In this document: positions 55,552 through 64,000 of the stretch, in pieces
How positions within the stretch are numbered: the stretch's first letter is position 1
How the letters are laid out: every line of letters starts with the position of its first letter
NCBI GenBank assembly: GCA_964019425.1
Contig: OZ025785.1
Span: 1,240,001-1,304,000 of the forward strand
Length of the DNA stretch: 64,000 nucleotides
Direction of reading: 5' to 3'
From: Flectonema sp. DT1601
Taxonomy: Eukaryota
Made by a program: the position numbers and the translations under genes
The notes under the pieces: generated by a model
The model's database searches: none
The model's input: the letters and a program-made list of their open reading frames with translations, nothing else
What the model was told of the DNA's origin: nothing

Positions 55552-58500
55552 ATGACCTCGTTGGTGCGACAAGACTCCTCCCAACGCTCGTCGCCGAAGG
55601 CGGGTTTAGCGAGGCCTGAAAGAGCACCAAGTCCCGGATCATTATCCGGATGGGGATCGATAAATGGAAAAAAACCCAGCGGGATGTCGCCACTGTTGAT
55701 AAACTATATCTCAGCAATGGAATCGGTCGGAGTTGGATTGCAGTGCGGATGGAAGCAATTGACTCAGAACTACCCAGCAGCTGAACAGCATAGTCCTTTG
55801 GGATCGCCACGGGGATCACCTAGAGTCTCACCACGAGGTAACCCGCCACTCTCCCCCTCGCGACGCCGCATCCTTTCACAAGCTCTAAGCGGTTCGTACG
55901 CTCGGTCAGCAGATTTCGAACGAATTTATGATTCTCTTGGAGAGAGCGATAAAAGTGCTTTTTGCCGAAAACTTTGGAACATAGTCGTTTCTGCTATGAA
56001 CACTGCGCCCGTGAAGACCTCGACTATTGAACAAGAGCTGGGGAGTATGTTTTTGAAGGGGAGGAGGAACAGAGGATTCGGAAGGACATTTGCCGCTGCA
56101 GGTGACGGTTCCTTCCGTCTGGTGACAGAAGAAGAGATGGAATGTGATAGAAATGAAGATGAAGACTCCCAGCACTTTGATAATCGCGAATGTTCTCTCA
56201 CAATGGATCCGCTGTTGGGAAAACGACACACTTCTGTGTTTGTTGAACAAACACGAAGGCAGAGTTTTGGATCTGAAAATTCGATCAAACGTGAAACAAC
56301 TGATGACTGGGTTCCTTTAAGTATTCAACGTCAAGATTCTACACTGTCTTCGAACAAGGGAAGCAGACAGAACAGTTTGAATACCAAATTCCACAGATCT
56401 CAATCGACTGGACTGGCCGAGCTTGAACAAAGCCAAAGCGGTTACCTTCCATCATCAATGATACCGGAACTCCTTGTTGAAGGCGTTACCGCCAAAGATG
56501 ACCACGTTGCCTCACGGTTCGATTCCTGTGCATCGTTAAAAAACCACAAGGTAGTTGAAACAACAACGCTGAGTAAAGGAGAGGATCAAGACGGCAACAC
56601 GACAATTAACCAATATGCAGTCGTGGGAGACTTGGGGAGGGGCTCATACTCAAAAGTAAAATTAGTCCTTCACAATGACTCCGGCGAACCATTCGCACTG
56701 AAGATAATGAACAAATCACTGCTCAACAAGATAAAAAAATACTCTGGCACTGCCATGTCACAAGCAAGAGTTGAACTTGCCATTATGAAGAAAATTGCCC
56801 ACCCAAGAATTGTCAGGCTGCACGAGATCATTGACGATCCCATAAAGAATAAAATGTACTTAATACTGGACTACATTGACGGAGGACAGATATGTGATTT
56901 GTCCATTGAGGGGACGTGTGACATGGTCCCACCTCGAAAAGTAGCAAAATACCTGAGGCAGATAGTCTCTGCCTTACAGTACCTTCATCGCCACAACATC
57001 ATCCACAGAGATATCAAACCAGGTAATCTATTACTTGACAGGCAAGATAACGTTTATCTCTGTGACTTTGGCGTCTCATCAATAATGGAAGGCGACGATG
57101 TCATCCATGATCTTGAAGGAACACCGTACTTCTTGTCACCTGAAATTTGTGAAGGTATGTTATTATCATATTTCGTCTAAAAATCGCGGACGGCAGGATT
57201 TGAACCTGCGCGGGCAGAGCCCAACGCATTTCGAGTGCGCCTCCGTAACCACTTGGATACGTCCGCTTTCCAAAAGAAAAAAATCCAGACTTGCTTTTTT
57301 ATTATTATTTGCTTTCCGGTAACATTCGCCTGTCTTTCCAGATTTTTTTTTGTTATTTTCGTTATTTTCTTTGTGCTTCTTTTGGTTTAAGTCTAACAAT
57401 TGAAGCATTTGATAGGTCGTGTAAACACCATCGTCGTCATTTCCGTCTTGCTGGCCTTTTCAAATTGACCGTCGTCCATTAATCGGACTTCTCCTGACAT
57501 TAGTAAAATCCCATTAGTCTTACTGCTGAGAGTCTCCAATGATTTGAGTATTTTGTATTTTGAAATAATCCTTGTTTAGATTGGGTGGGCCTCACCGGTT
57601 TTGAACTTCCTTGTGCCTCGCTGTTTTGAGGGTTCCCATTCTCGCTGCTACACTGTTCGCAGTTGTACCCACTTTGGGGAACGTGAGCTCAACCAGCACC
57701 CCGTTCTATAATTTACTTCATCGAGGAACCGTTGATGAGGTTCTTGGAGGTGTGTCCTTCGTCATTCTCCGCTTACTCGAGATCTGTGATGTGTCTGCAT
57801 TTCGTCAACCTCGGTGTGAAATATCTAGGGAGATTACATCTGGAGAAGCTGAGCTTTGTGGTCTTGTGGTGATGCTCGTATTTCCATTTTACCAAGTTGA
57901 ATGATGTCCATTAATGTTACCCATCAGGTGTTCGAGAGATCTTTGCCGATTTCCATTTTCCCGATAAGAAAATCGATTTTTTTCTCATTCAAAACTAAAC
58001 CAAACTACAACAGGCGATTCATACGTGCATGGCAAAGTGGCTGACATTTGGGCACTCGGCGTTACGGTATACATTTTGTTGTGTGGAGTAGTGCCGTTTA
58101 ACGGAGATAGTAAGCTAGACATAATGCATCGCATCCAGAACGACGCTGTTCATATACCCATCACCCTTGATCCTGTGACCAAGGGATTGCTTAAACAAAT
58201 GCTTAACAAGAGTCCGAAAAATCGAATAACCCTCGATGCTTTGAGAGATCACGAGTTTATCAGTGGTCACGGTGAAAGGACTAGTGTGCAGTACGAGCAG
58301 CCCATCATCATCTCGCGTAGAGACGTGTTGAAAGCTGTAAGTATGGGGTTGAATCTTAACCCGTGTCCGTCTATAGTAAAAGTTCGTGCGATGAAGGTCA
58401 TAAAGAAATATTGTGATGATTTACGAAAACGGCTGAGGGACAAAAAGAAACAGGCGCGCATTCCACCCCCTGGTCTTCCGAGGCCTCCTTCGAAAAAGGA

Positions 58501-59502
58501 AAGTCGCGTTCCTGCAGCAATCAACACAAATATACAAACTGAGAGTACAAGTGATGACAGTGGAAGCAGTGGTGAGTGCAGTGATGTTGATGTGTGTGAC
58601 ACTGGCAACAATTTCATCATTAGCATAAATGACAATGAAGACGGTTGTAACCTTGACGGTGGCAACAACAACAACAACAACAACAATAACGACACGGACA
58701 ACAGCAATACAATTACTATTAATATAAATAATAATACTAATACCAACATCTGTAATTTCGGCGTCGATGACAAACCCGAACTGGAGTTAAGCCAAAATGA
58801 TTTTGTAGTCTCACCAACAAGCAGTGAATCTGGTTCACTGTGCAATGAGTCATCAAGTCTTATGGAGTCTCCCAGTTTGGAGTCAACTGCTTCTCTTTCT
58901 CCAACACCACCTCACCCAGAAAAGCCAAATCTTTGTTCAAAACGTCCATCAGTTATAGATCTTGGGTCAACGTCTCCTATTCCATCTCCCCCATTGCTAG
59001 CGTCAAAGTGTGGTTCTCCATCTATTTGTAGTCGTCCCAAATCAAGGAGTGTGGTTGCGGACTCTTCTGAAAAGCAGATCAGCAGATCTATGTCCGCTGG
59101 ACCTCTCGATAAGATATCAGCTTCAGCTGATTTCTCAGGTTTGCTTCAACGGAATCAGCTCTTGATAGAGCCGCGTGACCTCGATCCCCTTCGAACCCCT
59201 TCCCCCGCTTCCCCTGCTTGGGGCTCTGACGTATCTCGAGAGGATGACTTACGCTATCTCTCTCGGATGTCAGAATGCGATCACGATAGCCCCGTACGTG
59301 CGTCTTCCCGACCCACTACTTCCCCTTACTTTAGGCACCTAGAGCCTATTCCTCTCACAGGTATGTAGTCTTTTCTTTGATATTAGTGGTAAATTCACTT
59401 CTGTTGTTGTTAAATAAAAAAATCTCCAAAACAGCTGCTCTTCCAGCAAGTCGAGGTTCGTTGCGGAAACTAGAGCCTCTCCAGTTAAATGTATCCGGGT
59501 AG
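55552..59502 (+). CDS. CaMKK/SAK1-like Ser/Thr protein kinase (exons 55552-57154, 58014-59360, 59435-59502)
   Basis: INQY..LGRGSYSKVKL, ALKIMNK, HPRIVRLHEIIDDP, HRDIKPGN, DFG and GTPYFLSPE, spliced to GDSYVHGKVADIWALGVT; introns are GTATGT...CAG. Confidence 0.9.
57185..57266 (-). tRNA. tRNA-Ser (anticodon CGA), intronic and antisense
   Basis: Reverse complement GCGGACGTATCCAAGTGGTTACGGAGGCGCACTCGAAATGCGTTGGGCTCTGCCCGCGCAGGTTCAAATCCTGCCGTCCGCG is 82 nt with a long variable arm and a CT-CGA-AA loop. Confidence 0.92.
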
Positions 59503-62406
59503 GTTATTCAAGTGTTGGTTTTATTTTTTTGAATGACTTATCTAGCTACAATGCACCTTGTTGTAGTTTATTGCGAATATTTGTTTTGTATGTGGCTTCT
59601 GTAAACCGTTTTGGACTCGGTTTTTGTTTATTGTGCTAATTTTTGTTTCTTCCCTGTTTTTTTTTAATATATCCATTTAGCATTTTTCCTTTTCGTGCTG
59701 ACACAATCACACGATGGATTTAGCCGGCGGTTCTCTGTCACTGTTTCCCCCTCTTTTTTTTTTATCCTGCCTATTTCACTCAAAAAAAAAATATCGCACT
59801 TATTAATATATGCTCGACTTCCTTGTCAAAGTTAAGAAGTTTGTTTCTAAAGTTTCTTTGTTAGTTTCACGAATACCTGTCAATCAACAAGTGCTGTGAG
59901 CCACCGAAGTGAATTTCACTGTCGAGGGGCTTTGCGGTATCAATCAGACTTTATTGATTCGATAAATAACTTTAAAAAAAAACAAAAAAAAAAAAAAAAA
60001 AAAAAAGTGAGAAATGCGGACTGACAGGCACAGTTAGCCTCTGTACGCCACTATTTAGTATCATATTTTTGTTACTGATAGTTTGCGACCGGATTCGTTA
60101 TTCCTCTCTTTGATGCTTGTCCGTTTTAAATAATCCAACTAAGGATTGAGTACAGTGTGGTGCGGTGGTTATTTTATGTTAGTATGGTTAATTGTAGTCC
60201 AGCAGTGAAGAAATCTGATTGCCCCTTTTCTGTTTTAAATACTGTTGGTGTGTGGTATTATTATTGGTGGTGTGTTTCTCAAGCAAAAATTGTCATGAAA
60301 CATTGGTGTGTGCAAATTACATTTACTTTGATACTCTAGCTAGCTTGAAGTTAATGTCAGACCGGTGCAGTGATTTGGAGAATTTTTTTTTCCAAGACTC
60401 GTGTTGCTTGGATTTTCTTGCGTTTTTTTTTTTTTTTTTTTTTTTTGTTTGTTTGTTGCTTATTTTCTTGAATTTTATTATTTTATTTGCCCAGGAAACT
60501 TTCTTGTGGCCGAAAGAGGAATTATACAATAAATAAATAAATAAATACCGACTGCCTTCGTGCGGTCAGTCGTGGAGTTAACATTTGTAAGCAACTCTCT
60601 TTACAGCTTCTTTAGCCCCTCAATAAAGTAACTCTCTTCACCGATATATTATTGCCCTGAACAACCATTTTTGCCCGTCTTTTTTTCATTGGTTTTTTAG
60701 GAACGCAAACCTCACAGCATTTGCTCGTGATCATTTTTAAATATAAAAGTGGAAAGCTGTATTAAGAGCTGATTGACAGCCTAGCTCGATATATGCTTGG
60801 CCGCTTTTCTTAGTGCACTTGGTCCGCAATTTGAATACCAATAAAACCTATCACCTTAAGATCATAGTTTATGACTTTGGGTTCTTTCGGGAAGAGACCC
60901 ACATCTCCAACACTAACGTTACGAGACAGAATACTTCACATTCCAGTCAAAGCAAATGGTGTCTATTTTTTCCGTTAAGGCTACCAAAAAAGCTTACCCA
61001 TTCAGTACTTCGGATTCTGTTGTTGTTATATTATATTATTTTTTACCCCTCTTTTTGGCTTCTTTCCATGTTTCCCCTATTCACGTCGTCTTATGTTTGT
61101 GCGAGGTCACACAAGTTGTTCCAGAAACGTTAATTGGACTACTCTTTTGTTAGTCGCCGTATCGTACTTGAAGAACTAAAGTGAAGCATTTTATATCCTT
61201 TTTTGAGGATGCACCAGTTTTTTCTTTTTCCCACTCTTTCATCCTTTCTTTCTTCTTCTTCTTCTTTTTTGATACGATTGTAAGTCGTTATCCCTCCTCG
61301 TCTGTGAGCAACTCAAAGTTTTGACTTCGTCTCGACTTCTGTTATCAATAATAACAAACAATTTACAAAAGGTACCATTTACCTCTGCCCGTCAGTAGTC
61401 GTTTACTTTGTGAAGTCATCTTCTTTGGAGAGTCATGTTGCTATGAATAGTTCTCTAATCTTTTCTTTTTTTTTGACTGTTTAACCAAGTAGGACACTCG
61501 GTGATGGTCAGCAAAAATAATGGAATAATCTTTTCTTCACCCACCTTCCTTTTTTCTTTTTTTTACAATCGTTGGTCACTCACTCAGGTGTGACAATAAG
61601 CTGCTGTCGACCATAGGGGGTTTATATATCTCACAAGTCGGAACTGTTGACATTTCCTGAAATCAATAATGAATATCGCGTCCGATATGGATGCCCGCCA
61701 TGCAACTAAATCAATCAAAAAAAAAATTTCAGATTTCCAATGATTTGTTTTTTTTTAATATTCAATATTTCATTTACCTGGTCGTATTTGTTTCTACATA
61801 CGGAGACAAAGTCAAATGCGACTTTTAGCGGACAATTAGCACGCCCGTAGTTGTAGACTCCTTTTTTTTTTTTCCCCTTTGTTCCTTTCCTTTCTTTATC
61901 TTGCTGGCAACGAAAAAATAAAATAAAAAGTAAATATTGAAACAGAAAAAATCCCCCATTTTCTTAATGTGATGGCGATTAGAATAAAGCAAGGGCGTGA
62001 AAAGTTTCACTTGTTGGGTTAGAAAAAAAAAAAGGGAAAAAAAAAAAAGAAAACATAATAATGGAACACCTTTCGATGTTTCTGTTTTCACCCGAACAAT
62101 GAAAATACAAGTGAGAAATTAACAAGAGGAAAAAAAAAAAAAAAAAAAAAAGTCCCGACAAATCCAGTCTCAAAGCACCCCAGCTCTCCTAGTAGGTTCT
62201 TTTGATCCCCCCCAGCTTGCGTAAGAAAAAAAAGTTTTAAAAAAAAAAAAAAACTCCGTAAAAAAAAAAAAAAAGAAAGCCAGTGATAGTATCCCACGGA
62301 ACACGCCATTAAATTGGTTCGAAGTCAAGAATCATGATGAGGCTAATTACTTCTCAGCTTTGCACAGTGACACCAGTCAAAAACATGTCAAAACGGAAAT
62401 ATTAAA

Positions 62407-64000
62407 ATGGGTCTCTCGAGCAAAGATTTGCGAGACCTGCTACGGCGGAATGGCATAGCAAAAAAAATATTACACCAACTGCAAAAGAGTGATGTTGATG
62501 GAGCGAAATTCTGCAAGTTAAGTGAAGAAGACTTATTGAAGAATGGAGCTGTTGATGACCATACTCGGAAAAAGTTGCTTCGTCTTCAATCCCGAATGAA
62601 GAAAAATGAACAAGAAATTAATCAAGATATCCCTCCTCACATGAAAAAAGCAGCAGAAGCCTTGGAGCGTTTTTACAAAGCCAACAAATGCACTGACAAA
62701 TATGGAAAAGCGCAGAGCATAATCGATAATTTCGCTGACAATCCAGCGCTTCTGCACACCGAGTTCAAGAAGAAGTACCCAAGTAAACATAAAGATTTGT
62801 CGTTTCTGGGAACGCTTGCTGAAGAAGACGCAGCAGTAAAGAAAAAGATTGAACAGCTCGGTAAGAAGTTAGACGCAGTTTATAAGAAAGCTGGTTCACC
62901 AGAAGTAGGGAAAGGAGTCCACATTGTTTCCTGTCATAGTGACTCACCTGTAGACCTCTATAACCTTCTTGACGGCAACTACCCACCTAAGGACATAAAA
63001 TTCATCGCCGATTGGGCCGGTGTCAAACAAGACAATAAAACCCGTAAAAAACGCGAAAAGGAAAAAGCTGATGAAGAGGAGAAGAAGAAAAAAGAAAAGG
63101 AAGAAGCGGAAGAACTTGCTCAAGAACAACAAAAAGAAGAGGAACAAAAAAAGAAGGCCGACGACGACAAAAAGCAAAAAAGAAAGGACGCGGTAGCGGC
63201 AAAAGCACGAATTGCTGCTGAAGAGGAAGCGAGGGAAGCAGAATTGCAACGCCAGCAGGAAGAAGCTGAAGAGCACGAACATGAGCGGCTTAGGAAGGAA
63301 GAAGAACAAGAAGCGCAACGCGCTTCGAGTGTGAATGAGACACCTAAAAAGACTTCGGCACCTGTTATTCAAAACTCACTACAAGACGAAGCCGATGCAG
63401 CACGACAGCAACGCAAACGAGAATGGGAAGCTCACCAACAGGAGCAGGAGCGACTGAAGAATGAAGAATTTGATTTGATCCGTCAACGTGAACAGCAAGC
63501 TCTCGAGTCCCATCGAGCAAAGCGTGAAGCCCTTCGAGAAGCTGAACGACGGAGAACGGCAGAGAAAACTCTCCAAAGAGCTGACTGGGAAGTTCCACTG
63601 AACGAAGCGAGAAGCAAACTTCATGAAATGGGACAAACTATACACCAGTACTCGATGCGCGAAGAAGACCAGTTAGAGTTTATACGCGAGCTGGAATTCG
63701 AAAAAAGCCTCTTGCAAGAAAGGTTGTTGAAGCGAAGGCGGGCGAATTGCTCAAAAGCATCTCAGTGTGACATGCAACCAGACCCAGAAACAATTAGAAA
63801 AGGTCCCTCTGTGGGGATGCAACAAATGCTTGGACAACAACACAGACAGATATTGGAATTACAGAAACAAGTTGGGGATGCTGATGGTGAGGTATTTCGT
63901 TTAGAAAAGGAACTTCGAGCACTTCATTTATCAGACAAGAGATACCAGACTCAGGCAAGAGATGCTCAGAATCGATTAATGCATATGCACCAGGCACAGA
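62407..64000 (+). CDS. Hypothetical protein with N-terminal SAM-like domain and long charged coiled coil (runs off the window)
   Basis: Open frame from ATG 62407 to the window end; DVDGAKFCKLSEEDLLKNGAVDDHTRKKLL resembles SAM; E/K/R/Q-rich middle. Confidence 0.75.
   Translation, partial: MGLSSKDLRDLLRRNGIAKKILHQLQKSDVDGAKFCKLSEEDLLKNGAVDDHTRKKLLRLQSRMKKNEQEINQDIPPHMKKAAEALERFYKANKCTDKYGKAQSIIDNFADNPALLHTEFKKKYPSKHKDLSFLGTLAEEDAAVKKKIEQLGKKLDAVYKKAGSPEVGKGVHIVSCHSDSPVDLYNLLDGNYPPKDIKFIADWAGVKQDNKTRKKREKEKADEEEKKKKEKEEAEELAQEQQKEEEQKKKADDDKKQKRKDAVAAKARIAAEEEAREAELQRQQEEAEEHEHERLRKEEEQEAQRASSVNETPKKTSAPVIQNSLQDEADAARQQRKREWEAHQQEQERLKNEEFDLIRQREQQALESHRAKREALREAERRRTAEKTLQRADWEVPLNEARSKLHEMGQTIHQYSMREEDQLEFIRELEFEKSLLQERLLKRRRANCSKASQCDMQPDPETIRKGPSVGMQQMLGQQHRQILELQKQVGDADGEVFRLEKELRALHLSDKRYQTQARDAQNRLMHMHQAQ

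Noticed and set aside
57400..57960. Possible coding or TE remnant in the kinase intron
   Set aside because: Short interrupted frames with no motif, TIR or TSD that I could identify.
59510..62400. Short ORFs in the AT-rich intergenic region (likewise 10726-11178 and 42160-43221)
   Set aside because: Dominated by poly(A)/poly(T)-derived Lys/Phe runs with no domain signal.

Overview
This is eukaryotic nuclear DNA, very probably from a diplonemid (Euglenozoa). The inference rests on a 39-nt spliced-leader (SL) sequence AACCAACGATTCTAAAGCTACAGTTTCTGTACTTTATTG at 16976-17014, GT-AG cis-introns, and all host protein genes lying on the + strand. Host genes, in order: a 2450-bp tandem array of membrane adenylate-cyclase-like genes, RRS1, a p24/TMED protein, a single-pass membrane protein, a CNNM/DUF21-CBS transporter, 2-oxoglutarate dehydrogenase E1, a C20orf27/DUF4517-like protein, a coiled-coil protein, an O-fucosyltransferase-like protein, an LRR pseudogene, a CaMKK-like kinase and a SAM/coiled-coil protein. 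The standout region is the CNNM gene. Intron 1 holds a piggyBac remnant. Intron 2 (16100-41761, about 25.7 kb) holds three identical antisense tRNA-Ile(AAT) genes and a nest of retroelements. The main candidate new system is an intact CRE/SLACS-like non-LTR retrotransposon whose single ORF carries two unrelated deubiquitinase domains (OTU and USP/C19), plus tandem RNase H1 hybrid-binding modules, around its RT and restriction-like endonuclease. It ends an 11.6-kb insert that sits a few bases upstream of a tRNA-Ile gene (6-bp duplication GTTTTA). Near the insert's 5' end is a reverse-transcribed SL joined exactly where a second copy of the same sequence has a splice acceptor. A 5'-truncated relative with two USP domains follows, then Ingi/I-like RT-RNase H elements, one with a PDZ-like insert in RT. 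All domain calls come from reading motifs by eye; no searches were run.
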